From positions 13,264 through 45,263 of the forward strand of contig NZ_JAYKGW010000209.1 in the NCBI RefSeq assembly GCF_035285525.1: 32,000 nt of DNA. Direction: 5' to 3'. Below, one piece after another: positions 7,920 to 17,115 of the stretch. This stretch comes from Okeania sp. (lineage in GTDB: Bacteria > Cyanobacteriota > Cyanobacteriia > Cyanobacteriales > Microcoleaceae). Every line of letters starts with the position of its first letter. Within the stretch, counting starts at the first letter, position 1. Made by a program: the position numbers and the translations under genes. Under the pieces are notes generated by a model. That model made no database searches. It worked only from the letters and a program-made list of their open reading frames with translations, and was not told where the DNA came from.

Positions 7920-8958
7920 TAGACTTGTCGCTAAATAAAACCTGGAAACTGGCAAAACAAAATTGTTAAATCCTCGGTTGCATCCATTAACTTATGCTGC
8001 TATTAAATAGAAATTCCATAGTCCTACAGCAGTTAACGCGACAGCGATCGTCTAAATATTTGAGCCTATTTCTATAGATTGCTGTTGTTGCATTGTATCT
8101 TTTTACTCCTGATCTTGTGTGTTCACACAGATACGCGAACACTACTTTTTTCTCGGTTTGATTGTTTCTGTTTATCTGTTAATTCTTTTTTTCTCGGCTT
8201 TTTCGTGGGTATTTTGATGTTAACAAATTCTTTTTGTAATCCCTGAAAACCTGAATCCACATGAATTGTCACTTCCGAAAAGCACAAATTCTGCCAGTTT
8301 TTCTTCATCTAGTTGCCGTTTATCATGCACCTTACCCCCTCGCGATGAGTGAAAGCACTAAAACTCTCTTATTCTCGTCTGTCATAATTAAATGTTGACT
8401 CGTATGACGCTTTTTTTTACCTGAGTAATGCTCTTTCTGCTTCTGTTGCTCTTTTGGACGTTGAATTGGGCGTTCTGTACCATCAATCATTACTTCTCTA
8501 GCTGATGGAAATTTGCTCATAAATTCTCCGACACTTTCTAATTTACGTTCTGGTAAGGCCATTTTTTTCCCCAATGACTTCTCCAGTATTGCTTGTAGTC
8601 TTAACATCCAACGGTGTGCTCGACTGCGGTGCAAGTCAAACAATACCCCCGCTACATCAAAGGTAGGATAACATTTAAAATAGAACAAAATCAAAAATAG
8701 TTGATCTTTGGCTTCTGGCAATCTCGCCTTTCTACTTCCTCCTCTGGCTCGGAGTCTAGGCTTTTGGGTTCTGGCGATCGCTTCCAAGTCAAGCTGGACA
8801 GAAAAAACTTCCAACAATTCATCAAATGCTTTACGGTTTAGTCCCGTTAATGCTCTTAATAGTCTATCTTCTTTTAGCACTCGATTAATGTCCAGCATTT
8901 TTTCATCTCATCTTTATAGATACTAACCATTACTTTACCTTATTAAGCGACAAGTCTA
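7920..8958 (-). mobile_element. Inactivated insertion sequence, IS5-family / Harbinger-PIF-type (DDE_Tnp_4-like transposase)
   Basis: The terminal inverted repeats TAGACTTGTCGCT[A/T]AATAA at 7920-7938 and 8940-8958 include a perfect 12-bp core (7921-7932 vs 8946-8957). They enclose about 1.04 kb that encodes a frameshifted transposase. Confidence 0.8.
7933..8898 (-). pseudogene. Transposase (HTH_Tnp_4 + DDE_Tnp_4-like) broken by at least three frameshifts
   Basis: Frame A (8898-8332) carries ...MIDGTERPIQRPK..YSGKKKRHT... and ends after SLIARG. A second frame carries the next motif, GKVHDKRQLDEE. A third (track ORF 8123..8308) carries IHVDSGFQGLQKEF...KKPRKKELT. A fourth carries the tail EHTRSGVKRYNATTAIYRNRLKYLDDR. 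The order matches the conserved D...HD...DxG[YF]QG...VEH..YRNR blocks of this transposase type as I remember them. Confidence 0.8.
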
Positions 8959-8966
8959 TTTAATTA

Positions 8967-9054
8967 GAACTTACGCATAGACCATAGATATAGCGTTAAA
9001 AACTATAGCGCTATAGTTTTTGAACTCTATATATACTACCTCCCGTGTAATTCC
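8967..9054. mobile_element. MITE-like element of the palindromic family, immediately 3' of the P450 gene
   Basis: AGAACTTACGCATAGACCATAGATATAGCGTTAAAAACTATAGCGCTATAGTTTTTGAACTCTATATATACTACCTCCCGTGTAATTCCT has the same core as 6594-6681. Its right end is of the ACACGGGAGG variant. Confidence 0.75.
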
Positions 9055-9062
9055 TATTAATT

Positions 9063-10469
9063 TTACACTCTTGAATTAATTTCAATCTGATAATTGTCTG
9101 CAATTCTTTTAATAGGAAATTGAACAAACTTTGGTTCACCTATTATTTTCCACTCAAACATCCGTAGCAAATGAGATGCAAAAATTTTACTAATTATCAT
9201 TGCCATCTGCGCTCCTAAACAACCATGCACTCCACCCCCGAAAGGAATAAATTTGTAAATTTGACCTTCATTACGTTCTGGCAAAAAACGTTCTGGTTCA
9301 AATTTCTCTGGTTCCTGAAAATGTTCTGGCATAATGTGAGCTATCCTGGGTTCTGCCATTAAAGTCCAGCCTTTTTCATAGAGCATACCATCAACAACAA
9401 CAGATTTTGTTAACCGACGACTAGCAGTGGAACTTGGTGGTAAAGTGCGGAGAGTTTCTTTAATCGTTGCCTCCAGAAAAGTCATCTGTTTTAAATGCTC
9501 TGGTGAAAATTCACTAATATTATTATTTTCACCTAATATCTGTTCTTGCTCTTGTCGTAACTTTTGCAATATTTGGGGATATTTTCCAAGTTGATATATT
9601 AGAGAACATACAAATCCGGAAATTTCGTAGTGGGATGCCCACAACTGCAAAAGACATTGATTTTTGATCAGAATATCTATAAATATTCCATCTGGATTTT
9701 CCTGCTGACCAACTAACATCATTGACAAAAAGTCTTGAGTAGGATTAATATTTTCCTCTTCTCCCAATCGTCGCTTAATAACTGCATCCATAAATTCAAT
9801 CAACTTTTTTCGTGCTGTTATTCCGCGCCCATAAGCAGTTAAAGGAGATTGCCACTTCAGCAATCCATAAAAACCATCAAAATAGGTTTTGTATAAAGCT
9901 TTTAATTCTGCTTTTGAAGAAATTGGTAATCCCTCAAAAGTAGTAGAGTCGGAATCGTTTAAACTAATTCCTAATAGTAGGGGAGTAAGTATATCAAAAC
10001 TAATTTTCTCTACTGCTGGATATAACTGAATTTTTTGACTACCCCATGTTTTGATGCCTTGATAAATAATGTTATTAATGTGGGGAATATATCCTGCTAA
10101 TGTTGCACCAGTTAAACCAGGTGCTAATGCTGATTTACGTTGACTGTGTAGATCGGGACGTTGAAATAAACTGTACTCGCCAAACATTTCCATTGTAGTT
10201 GCTGGCAATGCAATTTCTGTATATTTATTGTCTCCATTAAATGCCATTTTATTTGCATTAGCACTTCCTATAAATACTGTCGTTCCACCAAAAACACCAG
10301 TTTTGAATATAGGACCATATTTTTTGAAGTTTTCACTACAGAAGCGATCAGGATTAGCTATGTAATTAAATGTGTCATGCCATTTTGGTTTTCGTGGTGG
10401 AATTTTAGTTTCCTCTGGTGCTGTTTCTCCATCAGCTAATAATAGTAATTCAGTTGTTTGTAAGTTCAT
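9063..10469 (-). CDS. Cytochrome P450 (possibly CYP120-like)
   Basis: 468-aa ORF with the heme-binding loop FIPFGGGVHGCLGAQMA (FxxGxxxCxG), the K-helix EXXR (KETLR) and a PERF-like PERFLPERN. Confidence 0.9.
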   Translation of the reverse strand: MNLQTTELLLLADGETAPEETKIPPRKPKWHDTFNYIANPDRFCSENFKKYGPIFKTGVFGGTTVFIGSANANKMAFNGDNKYTEIALPATTMEMFGEYSLFQRPDLHSQRKSALAPGLTGATLAGYIPHINNIIYQGIKTWGSQKIQLYPAVEKISFDILTPLLLGISLNDSDSTTFEGLPISSKAELKALYKTYFDGFYGLLKWQSPLTAYGRGITARKKLIEFMDAVIKRRLGEEENINPTQDFLSMMLVGQQENPDGIFIDILIKNQCLLQLWASHYEISGFVCSLIYQLGKYPQILQKLRQEQEQILGENNNISEFSPEHLKQMTFLEATIKETLRTLPPSSTASRRLTKSVVVDGMLYEKGWTLMAEPRIAHIMPEHFQEPEKFEPERFLPERNEGQIYKFIPFGGGVHGCLGAQMAMIISKIFASHLLRMFEWKIIGEPKFVQFPIKRIADNYQIEINSRV

Positions 10470-11643
10470 TGTTTATGTCTAAAACTAATTTTAAAAAAGG
10501 TAGTATGTGTCAAGGTAAGTGTTAGAAATTAAAGAAAAATACTAATTTTTCAAGTAATTGTCAAAACAAGATTATAACAGCTTTCAGGTTAATTATATAC
10601 ACAATAAAAAAAATTGGCTTATAACTTCATTAATAATCTTTGTTATTGCAATAAAATATCAGCCCAAACTCTATACCAATCCTATTTTATTTGTCTATAA
10701 AAATCTTACCGCTTTTAGGGAATAGGGAACAGAGAACAGATAAGATTTTCAGTTTTTTATCTAACTTTTGATTTGTCACAACCTATTTAGGATTGCTATG
10801 CTATATTTGTTTCTGGTAAATTTGGTTCTCTTTGTCTTGTCGATTATTTGAACATCGCTCTTAATTTGATGATTAATAAACTAGCATAATTTGCCAGTTT
10901 CTTAATCAATCAATTTCAATTAAATGAGTCCGACTATTGAATATTAACCCTCGTTTTTGTTTATATTTTTATTTACCTAAACCAGATTAATAGTGAATAA
11001 TAAAAATGTCAGCATTCAGCTATTAGCAACTGTCAGCTAACGTCCTGCGAAGGAACTGTCTTAACAACAATAATACGGGTGCATATCATAGAGCGCCAAA
11101 ATACTTTTTTCCTATTCCTGACTCCCTATTCCTTGTTCCCTGTTCCCAGTTAAGTGTTCCTTAAAAGCGACAAGTTTTTGGCTTTATTCATGCATTGAGA
11201 TGCACCCAATAATAATCTATGTTTAAGGATAGATTTTAAGTGAATGTAGACTTTAGAGATTACTTTTATAGTAAAATTTTTCGTTTCTCAATTAAATATT
11301 GCTTTGATCACTCACTAAAAATAATAGCTGGTAGCTCATGGCTGACGTCTAAATGCTTACATAAAAACTATAGAAATCTCCGCTTATATTATAACAATTA
11401 AAAAAAAATTAGAAACCAACTCCGAAACTATTACTTATTACCATTACCTCCAAACCTCACATATAAAATATTAGCAAGATTTTTGACACCAATAAAATAA
11501 AATTACTATATCCCTAATTATCAATTATCAATTATTCATTATCCATTAATAAATTATTTTCTATTCAAAAAAACACACATTAACCTGAAATATGCTGTAA
11601 TATTTAATGGTACTCAAAAAAAATATAATAGGAAAATTTAATT

Positions 11644-11817
11644 ATGGTACAAGGAGATTTATGGATTCCCATAGCAGTTGTAGTAGTAGGCTTTGTCGCT
11701 GCTGTAGCTATTGGTTCAATTGCTTGGTATAACTCTAAGCGTCCTCCTGGCTGGGAAGGTACCGAACGTCCTGACTATGTTCCTCAAATCGATCGAGATG
11801 AAAATGAAAATAGCTAG
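11644..11817 (+). CDS. Candidate small single-pass membrane protein (57 aa)
   Basis: Below the ORF-track size cutoff. ATG at 11644 to TAG at 11815-11817 reads MVQGDLWIPIAVVVVGFVAAVAIGSIAWYNSKRPPGWEGTERPDYVPQIDRDENENS. It has one clear TM helix and a charged tail. A palindromic repeat about 75 nt downstream could terminate it. There is no strong SD. Confidence 0.4.
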   Translation: MVQGDLWIPIAVVVVGFVAAVAIGSIAWYNSKRPPGWEGTERPDYVPQIDRDENENS

Positions 11818-11890
11818 TCTTAAATAATGGATAATTGATAATGAAAGAGTTTTTTGCATATCTAATTTTCTATCTAACTTTCTAATGGAT

Positions 11891-12000
11891 TGACACATCT
11901 AAATTTTATGCATTAGGGCGGGTTTGTATAAATCTTAGAGTAAGTATAAAAGTTTCTGCTAAAACCCGCCCCTACCCCATGCACTATTTTAGCTGTGTCA
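11891..12000. repeat. Nested palindromic element (GGGCGGGTTT...AAACCCGCCCC family inside the TGACACATCTAAA/TTTAGCTGTGTCA arms)
   Basis: The inner arms are TGCATTAGGGCGGGTTT (11909-) and AAACCCGCCCCTACCCCATGCA (-11983). The outer arms are at 11891-11908 and 11984-12000. The same family occurs at 22441-22560, 25844-26099 and 26893-27126. Confidence 0.7.
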
Positions 12001-12348
12001 GTCTATTACTAATCCTCTAATTATCAATTATCCATTAAATTCAAGTATGGTTTTAACCAAAGGTAATTATCCATTTCTATTCTCAATTAATGAATGCTAT
12101 TTGTAGTTCAATCAACTAAAATTTAGGGGCATTGCATCAACGTCCCTACTAAAAAAAATATTCAAGCATTTAGCTGTCAGCTATTAGCTATAAGTTATTA
12201 AATAATTATCAGACTTAAAGGATAAATTAGTCTCCCAGGATAATTAAAACTTAAGAATAGTAAAGGTAACAACTTAACTTTAATAAGTTATTACCTTTAA
12301 AAGCTAAATGCTTTCCAAAATATATTCTTACATCAATTTAATTTTATC

Positions 12349-13110
12349 CTATTTCTTTTTAATTCCACTGGGGAATTGATCGATCTTAGCGATACCGTAA
12401 AATGTGATGTTATCTTTTCCAACTCGAAGCCGATCTACTCGGAGTTGAGTATTTTCTAGTGCAAATTTATCTAAGTCTAGTAAATTATTAACATGATCTA
12501 TTAGAGATTTACTTAAGTCTACTGATTCTTGATTACCATTATATTTGACATTAACAAATTTGATTTTACGTCGTTCCTCCACTTCTATCTCAGAAGTAAA
12601 ATCAAGGTCTACAAGTCTATCGGAATCTCCTACTTTAACCTGAGTTTTTAGTTTTAAACCCCTATCTTCAGTAATAGTCATTTCGGTATTTTGGAAATGT
12701 AGGGGTTGTCCTTGATACTTGAGCCTTTGGAGTTTCTCTACCACAAATGGGGTATTGAAAGAAGTGGACAAATCTGACTCAGTTAATACAGTCCTCATTG
12801 TGGCCTGGATCGGCTGCTTGAGTTTTACTTTACCTGTAAAAATTGCACTGAAGTCTATTGATATAGCTTGCAAGTAAAGCTCCATGACTTCGATCCGAAG
12901 GCCATTATACATCTGCATTCCTTTGCCTATGAAGTCAAACCCATCCAAGCTACCCTGTAAGAGTTTGGCCACTGGCTCGGCGCGGACATTGGCTTCGACT
13001 TTATCGGAGCTTTTAAACAAAGCTGCTATTGCTGCTCCTGCTACTTTGCTCACTAGGCGATCGCCACTTTGATTTTGCATTGGTCTAGTGGTAAACAATG
13101 CCGTCACCAT
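12349..13110 (-). CDS. DUF2993 / LmeA-family (lipid-binding-like) protein
   Basis: 253-aa ORF. KLLQGSLDGFDFIGKGMQMYNGLRIEVMELYLQAISIDFSAIFTGKVKLKQPIQATMRTVLTESDL matches my memory of cyanobacterial DUF2993 proteins (..KLLQG.ID.....G.......L.V.E......AI.ID......GK..L.QP..A...). Confidence 0.7.
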   Translation of the reverse strand: MVTALFTTRPMQNQSGDRLVSKVAGAAIAALFKSSDKVEANVRAEPVAKLLQGSLDGFDFIGKGMQMYNGLRIEVMELYLQAISIDFSAIFTGKVKLKQPIQATMRTVLTESDLSTSFNTPFVVEKLQRLKYQGQPLHFQNTEMTITEDRGLKLKTQVKVGDSDRLVDLDFTSEIEVEERRKIKFVNVKYNGNQESVDLSKSLIDHVNNLLDLDKFALENTQLRVDRLRVGKDNITFYGIAKIDQFPSGIKKK

Positions 13111-13573
13111 AATTTTTCAATATGTACCTTCTTTCACATTATAACTATTTTGTGAAGATTTGTAAAATTTACTTGTACTTATGTAAATAATTAAGTTTCA
13201 TTAGATTTAAGTCAAAAGTCCAAATTCAAAAGTCAAGAGTAATTTAGGAAGTCCAAATTCAAAAGTAGGACAAGAAAATTAGATTTTATATTTTATATTT
13301 TTAAATTTACTTAGGGCTGGCTGGTTAAATGTAAAAGTCTTGACAGGTAGAAGTTTTAGTCTTTTTAGGTACTAATAAAGTACCAGCTTTTAGATGATTC
13401 AGGTACGGTTCCCGAAAAATCAGGCATTTTAGCATTTTGATCAAGACAAGGGAAAAAATCAAGGGACGATTCTTTTGAACTACCTCTTTTATAATTTCTA
13501 TTCCTCCTGGATTGCAGGATTGCTGGATTCTGGCTCCTGTCCTTATCACTAATTTTCCATAAGCAAACCCTAC

Positions 13574-14176
13574 TTAACCAAGAGGTGTGCCTTGGACACA
13601 AGCATCAGTCAATAAAGTTCCAGTTAAGTCAGCTTGTTCGAGTAAAGCACAGAGTAAATTTGCTCTTTGTAAATTTGTGCCTCGGAGTATTGCCCCACTT
13701 AAATTAGCTTCTTCTAAATCTGCCTGAGACAAATCTGCGCCGGAAAGATTAGCACTACTAAACTCTGCCTGAAACAAATTAGCTCGAATCAAATTTACTC
13801 CTCGTAAGTCAGCTCCACGAAAATCAAGGCCACTGAGGTCTAAGTCATTAAAAATAGCTCCGTTTAAGAAAGCTCCGGCAAAACTAGCTTCCTTGAGTTG
13901 AGCATCAATAAAAATAGTACCCCGTAGATCTGCATTACGAAAGTCTGCCCCTCTTAAGTCGGCACCAGTAAAGTCTACACCTCGAAGGTTAGCTCTCAGT
14001 GTAGCTTTTTGTAGATTCGCACCAGCAAAATTAACTCCAACTAAGTGAGCTTGATAAAAATCTGTTTCTGGAAGTTCAATTCCTGCTAAATCTGCACCAG
14101 GAAGGTGAGAATTTGCCAAGACTTTAATTGTACCTGCTCTAATTGCGTTCAGGTCAGGATATTTTAATTCATTCAT
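13574..14176 (-). CDS. Pentapeptide-repeat protein
   Basis: 200-aa ORF built almost entirely of A(D/N)LxG-type pentapeptides (ADLRGADFRNADLRGTIF, ANLSGADLSQADLEEANLSGAILRGTNLQRANL). Confidence 0.9.
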   Translation of the reverse strand: MNELKYPDLNAIRAGTIKVLANSHLPGADLAGIELPETDFYQAHLVGVNFAGANLQKATLRANLRGVDFTGADLRGADFRNADLRGTIFIDAQLKEASFAGAFLNGAIFNDLDLSGLDFRGADLRGVNLIRANLFQAEFSSANLSGADLSQADLEEANLSGAILRGTNLQRANLLCALLEQADLTGTLLTDACVQGTPLG

Positions 14177-14510
14177 CTTGAATCAATTGGATTATTATGT
14201 TTCTGGTTTTGGACTTTAGTTAATATCCTCAACCAGCTATTAGAGTATTTTAAACTTGACGTGCCACTTTAACGAAGTCAGAAGTGTGGGAAGTTTGGGA
14301 AGGCAAAGACATTAGGAAGAATAATTTTTCTTTAGTTTTTCTACCTTTGGTCTCCCTAAAATCCTAACTTTTTGGGTAGCTCTGGTAAGGTTCCCGAAAA
14401 ATCAAAAAGGAGCGTATTTTGAGGAAGAGTTAGGGAATAGATACCTTCTGAACGCTATAATTTTCTTCTGACTTTTGAATTTTAAATTTTAAATTTTGAC
14501 TTATATTTTT

Positions 14511-15923
14511 ATGCCTTATTTAACCACTTATGTTCAGCCCCCTCTAAAATTAATCTCACCCAACTTCAAACCTCTAGTCAGAAAAGGCACTAAGTTAATC
14601 TTACCTTGGTGGTTAAAGTTCCAAACATCTATCTCAGTAGCTGATATACAAACTGATAACCTAGAAACCCTAGCCCAACTATATCAAAGCTTCCACCAAG
14701 GCAAAACCCGTTTTATGATGGCATTCCGTCATCCTAGCACTGACGATCCATTTTGTATGGGATATATGATTTGGTATTTATTGCCCAAACTAGCTAAAAA
14801 GCAAGGAATAACTCTTCCATCTCTTCTTCACTATCACTTTATTTTTGACCGAGGTATTCCTTTATGGGCAGGTAACTATGTAGGTAAATGGTATTCTTAT
14901 TTGGGAGGAAGTTCTATTCTCCGTGGAAAATTAGATCGTCAGGGACTAAAATCAGCTCGTGAATTATTTGCTAATGCTAGTTTACCAATGATGGCTGCTC
15001 CAGAGGGAGGGACAAATGGTCATAATGAGAGAGTTAGTGCCTTGGAACCTGGTATTGCTCAAATGGGATTTTGGTGTGTTGAGGATATATTAAATGCAAG
15101 TCGTTCAGAAGAAGTATTTATTGTGCCAGTGGGTATTCAATACAAATATTTAGATGAACCTTGGGAAAATCTGGAGAAACTTATAAGTAAATTAGAAAAA
15201 GATAGTGGTTTGTCTCTAGAGAATGAGAATATTTCTGACCATAGAAAATTAGCGCCTTCTAGACTTTATCAAAGACTTTTGAGATTAGCAGGTCATTTAT
15301 TAGGAAAAATGGAAGATTTTTATCGAATATTCTATCGTCGAGAGTTAGTTCCAACTCCAGAAAATTTTTCCTCAGAAATTCCAACAGATGAGGAAGTTAA
15401 TGAGAATATTAATTCTCGTCTCAATACTCTTTTTAATGTTGCTTTAGAAGTAGCAGAAGAATATTTTCATATTCATCCCAAGGGTAATTTTATAGATCGT
15501 TGTCGTCGCCTCGAGCAAGCAGGATGGGATCGTATTTATAGGGAGGATATTGAAAATTTGGCTACTCTTGCTCCTGTAGATAAAGGTTTGGCAAATAGAC
15601 TGGCGGAAGAAGCTAGTCTACAGATATGGCACATGAGATTAGTGGAAGGTTTAGTAACAGTTAGTGGTAAATATGTCAAGGAAAAGCCAACAGTAGATAG
15701 GTTTGCTGAGGTAACTTTATTAATATGGGAGCTGGTTAATCGGATTAAGGGTGGTAATATCTCAAAACGTCCTATACTAGGGAAACAAAGGGTGCAAATG
15801 ACTGTGGGAGAACCAATTTCGGTTTCTCAACGGTGGGAAACTTACCAAACTAAACGTCGAACAGCAATATCAGCTCTAACCCAAGATTTGCAAAATTCCC
15901 TTGAGAGTATGATTGAATCTTGA
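14511..15923 (+). CDS. PlsC/LPLAT-family acyltransferase with a ~230-aa C-terminal helical extension
   Basis: The track ORF is 14496..15923 with a TTG start. I prefer the in-frame ATG at 14511. Acyltransferase block I is FRHPSTDDP (HX4D) and block III is APEGGTNGH. Confidence 0.75.
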   Translation: MPYLTTYVQPPLKLISPNFKPLVRKGTKLILPWWLKFQTSISVADIQTDNLETLAQLYQSFHQGKTRFMMAFRHPSTDDPFCMGYMIWYLLPKLAKKQGITLPSLLHYHFIFDRGIPLWAGNYVGKWYSYLGGSSILRGKLDRQGLKSARELFANASLPMMAAPEGGTNGHNERVSALEPGIAQMGFWCVEDILNASRSEEVFIVPVGIQYKYLDEPWENLEKLISKLEKDSGLSLENENISDHRKLAPSRLYQRLLRLAGHLLGKMEDFYRIFYRRELVPTPENFSSEIPTDEEVNENINSRLNTLFNVALEVAEEYFHIHPKGNFIDRCRRLEQAGWDRIYREDIENLATLAPVDKGLANRLAEEASLQIWHMRLVEGLVTVSGKYVKEKPTVDRFAEVTLLIWELVNRIKGGNISKRPILGKQRVQMTVGEPISVSQRWETYQTKRRTAISALTQDLQNSLESMIES

Positions 15924-16033
15924 CATATAGTCATTTCAAATAAGAATGAAACACTTTTTAGGCTAATCCTTTCATAGCAAGAAATAGTTGTCTCAATCTA
16001 AACTAAAACGGCTATACTTCTAAATTTTTTTCT

Positions 16034-16855
16034 ATGACTAAAAAATCTATTACTAAATCTGCTAATTTTGTTAAAAACAAATTAATGAATCTTGTTACTC
16101 AAGAAATGTTAAGTCCCTTAACTTCTGTGACAGGAATGGCAAGTGTTTTAAATCAAGAAATCTATGGACCTCTAACAGAAAAACAAAGAGAATATGTAGA
16201 AATTATCAATGAAAGAAGTCGATATTTGCGATCGCTAGTTCAACAAATTATTAGTCTAGCAAAATTAGAGGAGGTTGAGCAAACCTCAGAAGTAAATCCT
16301 GTTGATGTAAAAAACCTCTGTCAACAAATAGTGAAAAATTTAGAAGTAGAAAGAGATTATCATCAGGTTGAATGTTTTGTATTAGCTGGAGGTAGTGAAC
16401 ACAAAATTGGTTTGTTTGATAAAGAAATTTTAGAACAAACACTATACAATTTGATTTATAGTATAATTCAATCTTCTGATTCGGGAAGTGAAGTCAAACT
16501 TCATTTGTCTGAAAAATCAGAAGAACTTAATGTAGCAGTGTGGGTTTCTCATCCTCTTCTGGGAGATAGTTTTCCTCATAGTCAACTTTACTCTCAAAAG
16601 TTATCTGCAATTAAGAAAAAGAGTAATTCAAGCTTGGAGCTGAATAAATCACAAATAACATATATTGAGTTGAAAAAAATAATTTTTGAGAAAATTTCTA
16701 CACTAGGAGAAAATTCTACTGCTAATCACACTCGCGCTTTATTAGCATTGTTGTTTAGTTGTCAGTTAGCAGAACAACAGGGTGGAACTTTGTGGATTCA
16801 AGATTCTGCTGAATCAGGTTATAGATATATTTTAGTTCTACCATTCTCTAAGTAG
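16034..16855 (+). CDS. Histidine-kinase-like protein with degenerate catalytic motifs (probable pseudokinase)
   Basis: 273-aa ORF with DHp- and CA-like layout. The H-box reads QEMLSPLTSVTGMASVL, so Gln sits where the phospho-accepting His is expected. An N-box-like LEQTLYNLIYSIIQSS is present. No DxGxG (G1) motif is visible. The G2-like tail is QQGGTLWIQDSAESGYRYILVLP. There is no sensor or TM region. Confidence 0.7.
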   Translation: MTKKSITKSANFVKNKLMNLVTQEMLSPLTSVTGMASVLNQEIYGPLTEKQREYVEIINERSRYLRSLVQQIISLAKLEEVEQTSEVNPVDVKNLCQQIVKNLEVERDYHQVECFVLAGGSEHKIGLFDKEILEQTLYNLIYSIIQSSDSGSEVKLHLSEKSEELNVAVWVSHPLLGDSFPHSQLYSQKLSAIKKKSNSSLELNKSQITYIELKKIIFEKISTLGENSTANHTRALLALLFSCQLAEQQGGTLWIQDSAESGYRYILVLPFSK

Positions 16856-17115
16856 GGTTTTAGGGAGTGTGGTTCGTGTGGGAAGACAAGGGAGACAATC
16901 TAATGCACAGTGCGATAACTGTAGGTTGGGTTGAGGGACGAAACAAGGGCAATAATCTTTCTCTTCCACTCTTCTACTCCCCTACTCCCTAACCATTTTA
17001 AATGAAACATTACAGTAGGGTGCGTTACGAAGTGCGCTAACGCTAACAGACCAAGGCACTATAATATATATAGAACCTTTGCGTAAGTCCTGAAACAGTT
17101 CAGCAGACTGAAACA

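Noticed and set aside
8708-8926. Plus-strand 72-aa ORF inside the IS
   Set aside because: It is antisense to recognisable transposase sequence and has a serine-rich, low-complexity translation.
11716-11898. Minus-strand 60-aa ORF
   Set aside because: It overlaps the plus-strand 57-aa ORF in antisense. The plus-strand reading has a clean TM helix and a charged tail, whereas this one is I/L/R-rich with no features. Neither is proven.
13325-13601. Two overlapping minus-strand ORFs (74 and 78 aa) downstream of the pentapeptide gene
   Set aside because: They overlap each other in different frames and cross dispersed-repeat sequence (GGTTCCCGAAAAATC). One also overlaps the 3' end of the pentapeptide gene. 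There are no motifs.
13402-14410. Direct copies of GGTA(C/A)GGTTCCCGAAAAATCA flanking the pentapeptide-repeat gene (13402-13424 and 14385-14410; a third, inverted copy at 22603-22623), considered as cassette or att-like boundaries
   Set aside because: Only about 20 nt are shared and the adjacent sequence does not align. The third copy sits in an unrelated repeat-rich spacer. This is most simply another short dispersed repeat.
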